This document shows, in pieces, positions 1 through 15,216 of a DNA stretch of 64,000 bases. Both the position numbers and the translations under genes were made by a program. How positions within the stretch are numbered: the first letter of the stretch is position 1; every line of letters starts with the position of its first letter. The notes under the pieces were generated by a model that saw only the letters and a program-made list of their open reading frames with translations, did not search any database and was not told where the DNA came from. This DNA is from Octopus vulgaris (Eukaryota), in contig OX597833.1 in the NCBI GenBank assembly GCA_951406725.2, positions 67,456,001 through 67,520,000 on the forward strand, written 5' to 3'.

Positions 1-56
1 ACTTAAGTACCAGTGAAACACTGGGGTCGATGTAATCGACTAGTCCGGTCCCTCAA
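1..56 (+). mobile_element. 3' part of SINE family B, truncated by window edge
   Basis: aagtaccagtgaaacactggggtcgatgtaatcgactagt matches the 3' part of the SINE B copy ending near 21500. Confidence 0.75.
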
Positions 57-120
57 TTATTATTATTATTATTACTATTATCATTTTTATTATTGCTGTT
101 GTTGTTATTCTTATTATTTT

Positions 121-402
121 CTTTGCACAGCTTCTAACACTGGAGATGTACGGTGTCAGCAGTCCACTACCAGTGAACTAAGGTAACACCTCTTATTTTC
201 GAGCACCTTCCGGAGTATTCGAGCGATTCCAAGCAGTGCTGTTTTCTGCAAGTGCTCCACTGTTATTGCAGCCCCTATTTGATTCATGTATTTTCAAGAT
301 TGTTACTCACTGTTCCCAGGGCTCCAACAATTATTAGTACCTCTACCTCCATTTTCATCGGACACAACTACTTAACCTCCCAAACTAACCCGTTACATCT
401 TT
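121..402 (-). mobile_element. R4/Dong-type non-LTR retrotransposon 3' end (restriction-like endonuclease C-terminus), decayed
   Basis: Minus strand reads ...IIVGALGTV...EHLQKTALLGIARILRKVL across a frameshift, homologous to 59874-60137; followed by an (AAT)n tail at 56-120. Confidence 0.8.
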
Positions 403-404
403 CG

Positions 405-890
405 ACTCACACCACTGCTATTTAGCCCTAGGAAGCATCAACGCTTCCTTTCGGCCTTGGCACATTCCCGTGTCCTTATGTTTACAAGGGGGAAACAAGC
501 ACTTCCACCCAGCTAATCCTGCAACCAGGGACCAGTCTCTGGGTCCTTGCTCGTCATCAGTCTGGAGCAGCACGGCCCGCTAGCTGGAGATGCTTGTCTA
601 CGCCTTGTAAACATAAGAATTCAAGCGAAATAAATCTACTGATTACAAAAATAGAAATAATACATTTCTAAATATCTCTGAGAGATATAAGGAGTGGTGG
701 TACAATAGATCAGTTGTATAGTGTCAACTCAATGTATAATGTTGTATACTGTCAACTCAATGCAAACATAAGGGCATAGGGGGGTGTCAAGTCCGGCAGG
801 AAGCTTTGATGCTTCAAAGGCTAAGTAAGACTGGTGTGATTCCCTTCACGGGACTGTCACATTTTGTTGACAGTATACAACTGCTCCATA
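405..890. repeat. Fold-back/MITE-like repeat fragments related to the 45744-45958 palindrome
   Basis: ccactgctatttagccctaggaagcatcaacgc matches a palindrome arm; local inverted repeats cttatgtttacaagg/ccttgtaaacataag and cagttgtata.tgtcaac/gttgacagtatacaactg. Confidence 0.55.
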
Positions 891-1012
891 TACATTTTAT
901 ATGAGGAATATATTGTAAAAAAAATATATTATCTACTCTCAGTACAAACACTTCGATTTGGATAAAGGGAAAAATACGATTTCTGTCTATGTTTTATGAG
1001 AATTTAGTATTA

Positions 1013-2060
1013 TTAGGTCGTCCAGTATGAAATTTGTAGTGAGGTATACAGCAAACTTTGACAGCTGCTCATTTTGCGCCATTATCATATTTTGACAATC
1101 TTTATTTTTTGCTAGAACGCTGACACATCTATTTCTCTATTCTAACTCATTTTGCGCTTTATAAAGTATTTATGTTTTGAGACAGGTATGTCAGAAATTC
1201 GTACAGTTTTGAAATATAAGTTTTTTTTCGAAATATAGTATCACAGACAGCTCAGAATTTTAATGGAATATTTCATTCTAATGTTATTACACAGCAGAGA
1301 GCATCAAATTGGTTTGCAAAATTTCGTTGTGGTGACTTTGACCTCACAAATGAGCAACGCGGTCGACCAGAAACAAAGGTGGATCATGACGAAATGAAAG
1401 TCACCGTCGAGTGAGATCCATCTCAAAGTACCCGTGAATTATCATTGTTGTTCGGTGTTAGCAAGCAAATAATATTCACTCACTTAGTTTAAATCCGTAA
1501 AGTGAAAAAGATGGATAAATGTGTTCCACATGAACTCAATGAAAATTATAAACAGCTACGTTTGGAAGCCTAATTTATGCTACTTTCTCGTCACAAAATG
1601 AATAATTTTTTAATCGAATTGAAACATACGGTGAGAAATGAATCCAGTACAAAAATCGTAAACGTTCAACACAATCGTTGGACAAAGACGAGCCACCACA
1701 ACACAGTCCAAAGAGCAAAATTTATCAAAAGAAGCTGATGGTGTGTATTTGTTGGTCTGGCGCAGGTGGGATCCATTATGGTTTCCTTAAACTTGGCTCA
1801 TCAATCACAGGCGAAGTATATTGCAGCCGAGAGGACCAAATGATGCAGAAACTTACAAAAACAGTTTAGATCAGTCAACAGCTCCACTTCTGTTTTATTG
1901 CCAGACAGCGCCAGACCACACCGCAAAAATGACATTGGTGAAACTACATGATTATGATTTGGGAGTTCTCCATCATCCGCCACACGCACCTGATCTTGCT
2001 CCCACTGACTACCGCTTCTTCCAGAATTTTGGATAACTATTTGATAGGAAAAAAATTTAT
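1013..2060 (+). pseudogene. Mariner (Tc1/mariner) transposon with decayed transposase, 3' end lost
   Basis: TA-preceded TIR-like ttaggtcgtcc; MSEIRTVLKYKF start; CVPHEL (WVPHEL), GEK*I (DEKW), KLMVCICWS, DSARPH (DNARPH), HPPHAPDLAPTDYRFF (YSPDLAPSD); stops and frameshifts. Confidence 0.92.
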
Positions 2061-2220
2061 TTTATTCATATATACGTACATCCATACATACATATAAGTA
2101 TAAATACACATGTATATGTGTATAGATGAGTGATTATATATATAAATATATAATGAGCACAAGGGTGTACGTACGCTGCTATATATAGATATATATATGT
2201 GTGTGTATGTGTGTGTGTGT

Positions 2221-2257
<37 letters not shown>

Positions 2258-2477
2258 TGTGTGTGTCTGTGTGCAGAGCAAAAACGCAACAGAGGACATT
2301 AAAATATTCGGACAAATTGACGATACAAATGTAGAGAAAAGAAACAACAATTAGAAGGACAGGCAAAAAATGACGGGTCATTCGTGCCTTCTTTCTTCAG
2401 TTAAGTTCCAGAAGTCAGGGCCATTTCGGGCAGTTACAATCGAGATTGTTCAATCTAGAAATCACTCCCACATACAT

Positions 2478-2800
<323 letters not shown>

Positions 2801-3647
2801 GGTGGTGTTTTCTAGTTTCCTTTACGAATGTCAATTATAGAAAGTGAATTCTTATTAGCATGGCATCTACTTAATGGTAGTTTCAAGAATTTTTATAACG
2901 AAACAAATAAGACATTTCTGCATCTGCCATCTTGTCTTCCCTAGTGATTTAAATATATCGAGGGCGTTTGTGCGCTTTACAGAAGACGGACAGCAGCTTT
3001 GGGAATTAAATACGAAATAGGATGAGGCGAAGGAGAAAATGGAGAGGAATAAATGTATGAGGAGAAGGAAGGGAAGGGGGTGAAGAAGAAAATGAAGAAG
3101 TTAGATTGAAGGAATAGGAAAAGAACGAACACCAAGTTATAAGTGACTGAGAAATAGTTTAATGAAATTTTAATTAGCGATAAGAAAATTCGGACATCAT
3201 GACAAATTTTGTTGTACCTTAAGAAGCTTTAATTTATACCATTATTGATGATAATGAATAAATTACTTGCATATCTGCTTTAATGCAAAACACAATCTCT
3301 GAAAATAATGCTGAATTTAAGATGCATCCTCAGGTGAAAAAATTCGTTGTTTAATAGTAAATTCACGACGTAAGCGGTGACATAAACACACACATACAAA
3401 CACACAGCATGAAGTTTTGTCAGTGAACAGGTCGCGGTATTAATGCGACGAAAATATTTTGACAAATTAAATTTTAATGTTGAAGTGAATCTAACGGATT
3501 TTGCGTGTTTCTTAAATGGCTTATAAACACCTTCCACGCTGCAATTGTTTTCGTTCCAGCACACGATCTCAGATCAAATCAAGTCACTTGCTATGCAAGT
3601 ATATCTCCGTAATATTTATATACATGCATACACACACACACACACAC

Positions 3648-3679
<32 letters not shown>

Positions 3680-3790
3680 CATCTGTTATTTCCCGCAATC
3701 AACAGACAGTAGTGATGCTGTAGTAGCATCTTGAAGAATTAGAGTCGTACCGGCTGATCCCAATACATTTTTCAATGTGACCCATATACA

Positions 3791-4179
3791 GGCGCCAACC
3801 ACATGGTTCAGGGTTCAGTCCCACTGAGTAGCATCTTGGGCAAGTGTCTTCTGCTATAGCCCCGGGTCGACCAATGCCTTGTGAGTGGATTTGGTAGACG
3901 GAAACTGAAAGAAGCCTGTCGTATATATGTACATATATATATATATATATATATATGCGTGTGTGTGTATGTGTTTGTGTGTCTGTGTTTGTCCCCCCCC
4001 CTAGCATTGCGTGACAACCGATGCTTGTGTGTTTATGTCTCCGTCACTTAGCGGTTCGGCAAAAGAGACCGATAGAATAAGTACTGGGCTTACAAAGAAT
4101 AAGTCCCGGGGTCGATTTGCTCGACTAAAGGTGGTGCTCCAGCATGGCTGCAGTCAAATGACTGAAACAAGTAAAAGAG
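3791..4179 (+). mobile_element. SINE family A (tRNA-like head, internal TA/TG microsatellite, LINE-like tail)
   Basis: B-box gggttcagtccc, shared core, tail ggtgctccagcatggctgcagtcaaatgactgaaacaagtaaaagag; more than 10 copies in window. Confidence 0.9.
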
Positions 4180-4209
4180 TATATATCCATCAATCCATCC
4201 ATCCATCCA

Positions 4210-4287
<78 letters not shown>

Positions 4288-4611
4288 ACTATCTGTCCAT
4301 CTTTCTATCTATCTATACAGATATTCAATTATTTTGCTTCCTTACCAAAATTAATACCTATTAGTCAATATCTAATGAAAAGAACGTGTTTGGTATGAGC
4401 CTCGTTTTGATCCAAAGTGCATTATAGTAAAAATACATTTCAACCAGAATTTTTGAATTATTCCAGAGACGGGAATTGTATTTGTTAACTGCTATATCAT
4501 GGCGCATATTATTTTAAGAAAGCTTGCTGTTAATTAACAAGTCAATCATTTGAAAACATTTCTTTAAGTAGTACATGTTTTTTATTTATTTATCGACTTC
4601 AATCTCCACTG

Positions 4612-4701
<90 letters not shown>

Positions 4702-4708
4702 CGTCTAT

Positions 4709-4777
<69 letters not shown>

Positions 4778-5102
4778 AATATATCTATCTATCCATCTAT
4801 TTATATTAACCTCTCTCTCTCTCTCTCTGTCTATTTATCTATACATTAGAAAAAAACATCTGTATTTCTAGCTAAATCCTCGAGGTAGATATCGTTAATT
4901 AGTTTTTCCCAAATATAAAACGGAAGCTTGCAAGATATAATTTGTTGAAATGCCGTTTATTGTGATTATAAAATAAATCATTTCTCTACTTTTTGTTACA
5001 ATTGGTAAGTTTGTAATTGTCTTTGGATTATTTCGATTTAATATATACAATATCTTACGCGCCGAAATGGCAAAATCATTATTGCGCCGGTGAAAATGCC
5101 TA

Positions 5103-5139
<37 letters not shown>

Positions 5140-5402
5140 CAAATTAATAAATAAAACATATGCATATATACATGCATATATGTACGTACCTACCTCTACA
5201 TGTATATATACACGCATATATGGGTACAGGACACAAAAAAAAAATGTCTAACACAATGAGAAACGAAAACATAAACACAAAACCAAGGAAATGGACATTT
5301 TTCTTAAACAACGATAAAATAGAGTACAGGACAAATAACACAAGAAAAATCCACCTTCTTCAGTCGCCATGGATTCATCTACTCTGCGTTTCGAAGGTGA
5401 AT
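5140..5402 (-). mobile_element. Putative PLE terminal-repeat remnant; same family as 51880-52170 and 53810-54200
   Basis: Three homologous copies beside (TA)n carrying caccttcgaaac...ctga(a/t)gaagg; PLE origin is inference. Confidence 0.5.
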
Positions 5403-5407
5403 GTATA

Positions 5408-5498
<91 letters not shown>

Positions 5499-5514
5499 TT
5501 ATATATATATATTT

Positions 5515-5740
5515 AGTGAGGGAAGAAATGGAGCTGAACGAAGATTTTACAAGATTCCTTTTTATTATTTTCTACACATGTTTCAAAGGCTGCAAATTCC
5601 CTAATTCGGATTGAATAAGGAGACCATTTTGCAGCTTTCCCTTCAGGAAAATCCAGGAACTTAAATCTCCAAACAAATGCGCAGCAAGCTTTTCGAACAA
5701 ACGCTCCCTATGAGCCCATGGTATGAATGGCACAAAACTG
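5515..5740 (-). mobile_element. HHR-bearing repeat homologous to 32263-32570; decayed HHR at 5568-5651
   Basis: Reverse complement ttttc-CTGAAGG-GAAAGCTGCAAA...TTTGCAGCCTTT-GAAA-CATGTGTA-gaaaa; shares gaagaaatggagctgaacg with the 32 kb copy. Confidence 0.65.
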
Positions 5741-5747
5741 TCTCTCA

Positions 5748-5815
<68 letters not shown>

Positions 5816-6195
5816 GTATGTATATATATATATGTATATATATGTATGTATGTATATGTATATATGTGTGTGTATCTGTGGCTGTATGTGTGTGCCTGTT
5901 TTTCTCTGTATGTGCCCCACCACTTGACAACCGATGTTGATTCGTTTACGTCCCCAGAATTTATCAATTCATTGGAAATGAAAGCGTGAAATTTTATTGG
6001 TGTGGATCTGGGTTATCGTGTTCATCTCAGTAATTGACAGCTTGTCTATTCATCACCAGAAGGATGAATGTCGAAGGCAACCCTCGGAGGATGTGCAGAT
6101 AAGGACCCAGAAGAAATCCTCATAAGCATTTTGGTCGAAGCACTAATGATTCTGGTACCTCCCCGCCTTGAGGCGATATTTTTTTTGTTTTTTTC

Positions 6196-6712
<517 letters not shown>

Positions 6713-6949
6713 TATCTATAATTTATTAACAATTACTCAGTGATGTAAAATATATTTCGTTTCCGACATAATAAATTGTTTTATATAAGTATAACATATA
6801 TTGAATTTGGTGAGTATTAATAATGTAATCGCCGTATATATGCCTTGCTTCTCCTACTGCGTATATATTTTAACTTCTCACCTGGATTGCACTCAACACT
6901 TGCAATTTATGGTACACAGAATCAACGTCTTCATTTGATATCGTTGCCG

Positions 6950-7013
6950 TACATCAATCACCACCACCAACACCACCTCATCATCATCCTCATCATCAAC
7001 ATCATCGTCATAG

Positions 7014-7056
<43 letters not shown>

Positions 7057-7208
7057 TCATCATCATCATCGTCGTCGATATCATTACCATCATCATCATC
7101 ATCATCATCAACTTCACTATCATCATCCTCACCATCACAAGAATCATATCATCATGATCGTCACCATCGTTACCATCATCATCGTCATCATCATCGTCAT
7201 CATCATCT
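6950..7208. repeat. (CAT)n trinucleotide microsatellite
   Basis: Direct reading. Confidence 0.95.
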
Positions 7209-7803
7209 GTCTGTCTCCGTTTGTAGAGAGAGGAAGTCACTAACAACTTCAACGATGATGTCGAAAGGATTGTGACTGATAACTGTGTGAATGATTTACA
7301 AGACAAACAACCAATGAAAGGATTCCTTAAGTTATTTGGTAAAAATGACTGGTGAAAATGAAGAAGTGAAATACAACCTGCGCATGTGTTTGCTTACTAT
7401 TGACATGGTGGCCCCTTCCATAAGAAACAACTCATGTTTCAATATGAGTTCACATCACGAATCTTGCAAACGTAATATAAGAACTAACAGTTGAAAATAT
7501 ATATTTCGGTAAAATACTGCGTTACTGGACAATACGCGTAGTCTGGTGGTTACTCTTAAGATCGTGGTTTCAATTCCTAGACGTGTTACACGTTGTGCTC
7601 TTGAGCTAAACACTTCATTTCACGTTGCTGGAGTTCGCCGAGAAGCAAACGGGTGGCAAGCCTTGCGACGAAGTAGCCTTCCAATCTGTCAGGTTGTATA
7701 TTAGTCTGTTCGCCAACCCAGCGGGGTGGAATCATCCAAAGGCTTTAACCGATGTAAAACGCATTGTGACCAGCGATTTATAACAATATCCAATAGTCTG
7801 GTG

Positions 7804-8270
7804 CAGGGGTCACCAAGCTTTTTCACGTTGGGCCAAATAACTGAGAGAATTACGAACGCAGGCCGCATAACTATTTTGTTCAATACGATATACTAAATAC
7901 ACACAAAAAATAAAGAAATCCAACATATTTATTTACCAAAAAGTCATCAAAGCAGACGACGTTGGCAATAAGATAGCCATGTCACACCCTGTGCGCTTAT
8001 ATCCGAATGTCACAAACTAAGCAGGAAAAATGGTTAGTGAAGATTTGTGAAGCTAGTGTTTAGCTTTGAAGATACCATCGATATTTGCTATGGAATTGCT
8101 GCATAGGTGCAGGAGTGGCTGTGTGGTAAGTAGCTTGCTAACCAACCACATGGTTCCGGGTTCAGTCACACTGCGTGGCATCTTGGGCAAGTGTCTTCTG
8201 CTATAGCCCCGGGCCGACCAATGTCTTGTGAGTGGATTTGGTAGACGGAAACTGAAAGAAGCCTGTCGTA

Positions 8271-8307
<37 letters not shown>

Positions 8308-8670
8308 GTATGTGTGTGTGTGTTTGTGTGTCTGTGTTTGTCTCCCTAGCATTGCTTGACAACCGATGCTGGTGTGTTTACGTCCCCGTCACTTAGCGGT
8401 TCGGCAAAAGAGACCGATAGATTAAGTACTGGGCTTACATAGAATAAGTCCCGGGGTCGATTTGTCGACTAAAAGCGGTGCTCCAGCATGGCCGCAGTCA
8501 AATGACTGAAACAAGTAAAAGAGAGAAAAAGAGAGAATCCAACCAAGAGAATTGCTTTCAAATGTTCATCAGTTAACTTCGTTTGATGTGCTGACTTCAC
8601 ATAACTTCATTATTGAAAATGTTTGCTCACATACATAAAGTTGTTCCAAACAGTGATGCCATCGAGAGGC
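7804..8670 (-). pseudogene. hAT transposon 3' end with decayed dimerisation domain, interrupted by a SINE A copy
   Basis: Minus strand with frameshifts SMASLFGTT-VCEQTFSIMK-VKSAHQTKLTDEHLKAILLVG, resuming after the SINE as CSNSIANIDGIFK; terminus caggggtcacc at 7804. Confidence 0.8.
8106..8535 (+). mobile_element. SINE family A, full length
   Basis: A-box tggctgtgtggt, B-box gggttcagtc, core and tail present. Confidence 0.92.
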
Positions 8671-9015
8671 AAATGAACCCTCGTGGATCTGGTGATCATG
8701 TTGTTATGTTCTTGAAGTTTCATCGTTCTTTAAAGACTGGAGGAGCACTTAATATGCGTTTGGGTAGAAATTGGGAAGTTGCAACATACGGCATTTAAAA
8801 TTAATGGTATTTAAACGTAGCAAAGGCCACCTCCCGCTTGGTCTGAGCACAGGTGATCTCTTTCAGAGAACAAATGTGAGAGAGGGAAAGAAAAAGATCA
8901 AGAGAAGAAGAGTGAAGAGCAGAGAGTGTAAAAAAAACCTTACTGCGGCATGAGCATTTTCTGTGGACCTTGGAAGGATCCCATGCAATATTGCCGTCGG
9001 TTATTCCTAACAATA

Positions 9016-9410
9016 TCTTTATATATAAAAGTAAGGTTGTGTGTCTGTCTCCTACGATTTAGATTCCTAAGTACTCTCACATTTTGCGGTGCAGTTTAAC
9101 CAAAACCGGGTATCTTATAGTCGGGATTCATATCGAGCCCTTCTGGGTATTAGCGCGCGTCTACGATGAGTCTACGATTTTAGAAATAATTCACCATCAT
9201 TTTTTTTCCATTTTAATGCATATTTTTTTAATATAAGGGAAGTAACTCTCTAAAAATGTCTACGATGAGTCAACGATTTAAAAAAAAATTTACCTTAATT
9301 TTATTTCCATTTTTAATGCATTTTTTGGCTATTTTTTGGCTATAACTCTCTAAAAATGCTTTATAGTTATTTCCCTTACAAACCCGAGCAACGCCGGGCG
9401 ATACTGCTAG
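9016..9410 (+). mobile_element. Non-autonomous Helitron
   Basis: 5' TC after host A; subterminal hairpin cccgagcaacgccggg; 3' CTAG followed by host T; no TSD; internal tctacgat repeats. Confidence 0.85.
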
Positions 9411-9837
9411 TTTAAACATAAAAATATAATCGGGTTTTTTATAAACACTGAATAGCTATGAGGTGTCACTAGAGGAAAACAGGAATCAAAGAAGTCCATA
9501 GGTAAAAAAAAAAAGGGGGTTGAGAAACCCTGGTAGAACTTCTCAACTACATCTCAATTTGTAAGGATCTCGAAAATATAACCCACCAAAGTCTGCAATG
9601 TATTTCTGAATAGTTTCTATACTGGAGTAAAAATAACACACAATAATTATTTCGCTTATCATCTTAATCTATTTCAGAAATTGTCCTGTAATCCGCCTCA
9701 AACTGTGTATTTAATAAGGCATACAACACATATCGATGTATATGCCATGGGGAACGGCGATCTTGATGTTTCCGCTGAAGTGAAATGCAGTGGATGCTTT
9801 TAATAAACATACGCATATGTGTGGGTGTGTGTTGCGC

Positions 9838-10445
<608 letters not shown>

Positions 10446-10699
10446 GCCTATAACTCTGATAGCAGAGAAATAATAATAATACGAATAATACCTTCTTACC
10501 GACGAAGGTATTTACTTAAAAATATCGGGATTCTTGTCTCCCGGCGGCATACAACGAAATCCAAATTTACCAAACATGGCTATATAACTTCTAACGTCGC
10601 AAATAAACAATACTTACCGCAGGGCGTGATTTTTTCCCTGATTCTTATCCGTGTGTTTAAGATTGCAGTTTTCTTTTAGTTTAATTCCATACGTAATTT

Positions 10700-11500
10700 C
10701 CTTCATTTTAAGATGGCTTCATTCTTATTCTCATGGTCGATTTGGCATTTCTGAATCTTTTCAGCCGATATGTATTAGGGTTAGTATATTTCTTGTGTAA
10801 GCTTATTTTTCTCCCCGCAGTGGTATATATATATATATATATATTGTATTATTTACAAATATCCTTTTGTTTGTTTTGTTCGACTTCCATCTACTTTCTT
10901 GCGATATCCCGAAGAACAAAAGAGACATTTTTTTTTTCCTTTTTACAATCAACTCTTTCTTCTCCTTTTGTCCTTCTTTTCCCTGATAGTCTATATGTTG
11001 TTTTTTTTCTTCTTTCTTTCTTCTATCTTTACACTTCGTTCCAATCTCATATCCAGTCGCTATAGAAACAATTGTGGCAGTTGCATAAAGGACCCGATTC
11101 ACTCTGCTTATTGAGATTACTTCTTCGTGGTTCCATATCAAAAACCAGAAACACTGATATTCTTTGCATTCAATCCCCGTTCACTTTCAACTTTGGTCGA
11201 AGTTTTATTCTTCTTTTTTTATCTCTACTCTCCCCCCTCTCTCTCTCTTCTCTCTCATTCCTTGCAATGGGACTTCAAGATGTCAGCTTCTTTTAGTATT
11301 TCTTCTCTCAAGCTTGTAATATCTTCTGATATATTGTTGGGTTTGTTATACTACTGGGAGTTTAGGTTAGAGTGTTTTCACTACGAAATCTTTAAATGTA
11401 CGTTCTTCTCTCTGTATTCAAGTATTGCTTCTTCTCTGCATATGAAGGGTTATCAATTGTACTGGCTTCCTTGTTTACGCTGGTTGTTTTCCTGGTTTCG
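10700..11500 (-). mobile_element. Possible highly decayed R4/Dong N-terminal region
   Basis: Peptides NRVLYATATIV and YRLKRFR resemble recalled Dong/Rex6 N-terminal motifs; many stops. Confidence 0.3.
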
Positions 11501-11591
11501 TTAAATACAAATATATATATACATACATATATAAGTTCTCATATTTATACATATGTACTATACATATATACATACAAATTTATATACATAA

Positions 11592-11661
<70 letters not shown>

Positions 11662-11811
11662 TTAAGTGTGTATTTACATATATATTTATACATGTTACAT
11701 ATTTACATTTGTGCATGTATTTTTTTATGGCTGATCCTATTCATTTCATGAAATACCACACCAAACAATGCATACATTCCATCCACACGTAAACACATAC
11801 AAGTATTAACA

Positions 11812-11884
<73 letters not shown>

Positions 11885-11928
11885 CTATTCACATACATTT
11901 ATATATCTGTACATATATGTGTATATGC

Positions 11929-11985
<57 letters not shown>

Positions 11986-12030
11986 CACATATTCACATAC
12001 ATTATATATCTGTAATATATGTGTATATGC

Positions 12031-12078
<48 letters not shown>

Positions 12079-12293
12079 CATATACACATATATGTGTGTG
12101 CGTGTGCGTGTGTATCTGAGTACGTAGGAGTTAAATAACAGAATTCAACTGTTTGGTGGAACTCAGTGATAAACATAGAAAGTACTTGTGTCTTTATATG
12201 TAGCTCTGAAAAAAACATAATTCTGATTTTCTACTCTGATGATAACGGTTGGCTTCATACGCGGGACAAAACCAACTGTTTACGCACATCAGA

Positions 12294-12383
<90 letters not shown>

Positions 12384-13160
12384 GAAATATGTTACGAAAA
12401 AGAAAATATAAAATACACGTGGAAATGTAAGGGTAAAATATGAAAAATCAACGAAAATGCATATTGCAAATAAAAAAGGCTATTTATGACAGGTGACGAC
12501 AAATATATACATTTAGATTGACTGAGGTAGTAATACGAGTCATAAAGGTCATTATTATGGGATGATTATAAGATGATAATAAAGTAAGAGAACAAAACGG
12601 ACCATGGTTTACGCAAATTATTCATCGTTTGAACAACACCGGTTAATACACGGTGTCAGGTCTAATATATATATGATGTGTTATGAACCCAAAATTGACT
12701 GCGACGCGTACTTTCTTTGATGAGTCCGTGAGTACGAAACACAACGTCTCTGTGCCATTGTTGCATTAATTCCAAACAGTACCATACATTTTTGCAATTA
12801 CAAAGCTAACAAATTATTTGGTCGATGGCATCACCTGAAACGATATTTAATTAATAATTAAATAGAGTAACAATATGCGTCTAAGTTAAAAATTAAGCTA
12901 AAAACCAAGATATAATTAAATATCTGAAGAATTCAATATGTTAATTTGTATATGTGGAAAAATAGCTTATATATCCAGGCTGAGATATATTCAGTTAAAC
13001 AGTTGATTAACATCGTTTTAGCACGATATTTTGTAATTCCATTTAGCTTAATATTTCAACTTTTGCTTATTTCTGTTGTCCTGTTACCGTAATAATAGCA
13101 AAATTTTGGATTCTTTCTTCTATTTTTCGTATTTGTTGGGTTACTTCAAGAGAAAAAGCT

Positions 13161-13373
13161 CTCTCTCTTTTACTCTTTTACTTGTTTCAGTCATTTGACT
13201 TCGGCCATGCTGGAGCACCACCTTTAGTCGAGCAACTAGACCCAGGGACTTGTTCTTTGTAAGCCCAGTACTTATTCTATCGGACACTTTTGCCGAACCG
13301 CTAGGTGACGGGGATATAAACACGCCAGCATCGGTTGTCAAGCAATGCTAGGGGGACAAACACAGACACACTA

Positions 13374-13426
<53 letters not shown>

Positions 13427-13590
13427 CGACGGGCTTCTTTCAGTTTCCGTCTACCAAATCCACTCACAAGGCTTTGGTCGGCCCGAGGCTATAGTAGAAG
13501 ACACTTGCCCAAGGTGCTACTCAGTGGGACTGAACCCTGAACCATGTGGTTGGTTAGCAAGCTACTTACCACACAGCCACTCTTGCGCCT
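13161..13590 (-). mobile_element. SINE family A, full length
   Basis: Reverse complement of consensus. Confidence 0.92.
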
Positions 13591-13807
13591 ATAAGCTGTT
13601 TGTATTTGTTTGATTTGTATCTTCTTGCTCTTTATGATATTTTGTTGTCAGAGAATTTCGTCTGTGTCCTTCCATTGATATATAACATAACACGACAAAT
13701 TCTTTCATCGTAAAGCTTTATGTTCCCTTTTGTTTGTCACTGTTTACCCCCTCTACAGATCCTATTTGAAAACTGAACAAATCTTAATCCTTTTTAGACA
13801 CATAACA

Positions 13808-14148
13808 ATGGAGTGTCGTATACTAACAAAAATAAGCGTTTCCCATACTTGCTTCTCATCACTTTCATTCAGGGCCCCAAACTTGCCAAAGCTGCGAAAA
13901 CTGCCAAAACCGTTCGAGATATTTGTGCTCCGTACAGAGGCGGCGTTTTTAGTCAAAGGACTGCACAGAAATTCTTTTTACGTTTCAAAAGTTTAAATTC
14001 AAAGCGTTTCGTTCAGCAACGACGTGGAGCCCAAATCGAGGCTTGATGAATTCTTTAAGTCAAGACTCGAGAATTTCTACCATGAAGGCATTGGCATGTT
14101 AGTAGCACATTGTAAAAAAGTCGAATAAGTCGAATATATTTTTGACTG
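13808..14148 (+). pseudogene. Internally deleted mariner transposase (N-terminal HTH joined to C-terminal tail)
   Basis: KNKRFPYLLLITFIQG..AAKT..VRDICAPY..QRTAQKFFLRFK followed by RLDEFFKSRLENFYHEGIGMLV. Confidence 0.8.
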
Positions 14149-14427
14149 ATTTCTTAAAAATGCTGAAGAGAAATAGGAAAAAATAGCTAATTTATCTGAT
14201 AAAGAAATACAAACAAGAAAGGAAGATATTGTTGAAATTTCTGCGCAGCATAGGATATTTTATAGGAAAAGCAGCCTTTGAAATAAAATAGGAAATGTTT
14301 TACCTGTTTCAGGCGAATGAAGGTGTGTGAAAATTTCTAACGGCGGTGCATCAGCATGGCCGCAGCTCTGAGCTGAAACAAGAAAAACGAAATAATTCTA
14401 CAATATCTATTTACAATTCATTCACGA

Positions 14428-14740
14428 AATGCACGTGGCCTGGGGTCAGCTTGGAAGTAAGGTGAAGGTCATATGTTTAGCGATCCTATATCTAAAGGTT
14501 TAGATGTGACAGCCATCAACGAGACCAGATGTTTTTCGAAAGTAAAATTCATCGCTGTCTATGTGGGTCTCACTTCTAGAGATCATCGGCCTGGTAAGAG
14601 CGGAGGAAAGTATGTTTTCTGAAACCTTACTGCTTCGAAACTTTGGCTCATGTAGTAAGGATGAAATGTCCGAACCAAGTTGGAAAGTCGATTGTCTTAA
14701 ATGTGAAAAAATGTGACAGAGACACGAGGTCCCTTATATA
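14428..14740 (+). mobile_element. L1/Tx1-like APE endonuclease N-terminal fragment, decayed
   Basis: NARGLGSAWK*...KGLDVTAINETR (NxRGL...D....QET motif) and downstream GKSIVLNV. Confidence 0.5.
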
Positions 14741-14990
14741 AAAACTGCCCTATGAACGTGAGTTGCTTAGCAGAAACGGTTTGGATGGCCTGAAATATCA
14801 ATTACATATCTGATAAGTTGCATCGAGTCATCTAGATAGTATTCAAATAAAGCCTTTACTGGGGCAACAAGAAAGAATATGGTAACTCGTTTAACTTTAG
14901 GATCGAAACTAGAACGCTGTAGTTGCAACTAAATGTTGCTACCGAAAAACATTGGCTGAGAAACAAGATCTTATGCAGTGATATGAGTTG

Positions 14991-15171
<181 letters not shown>

Positions 15172-15185
15172 CATACATACATACA

Positions 15186-15216
<31 letters not shown>

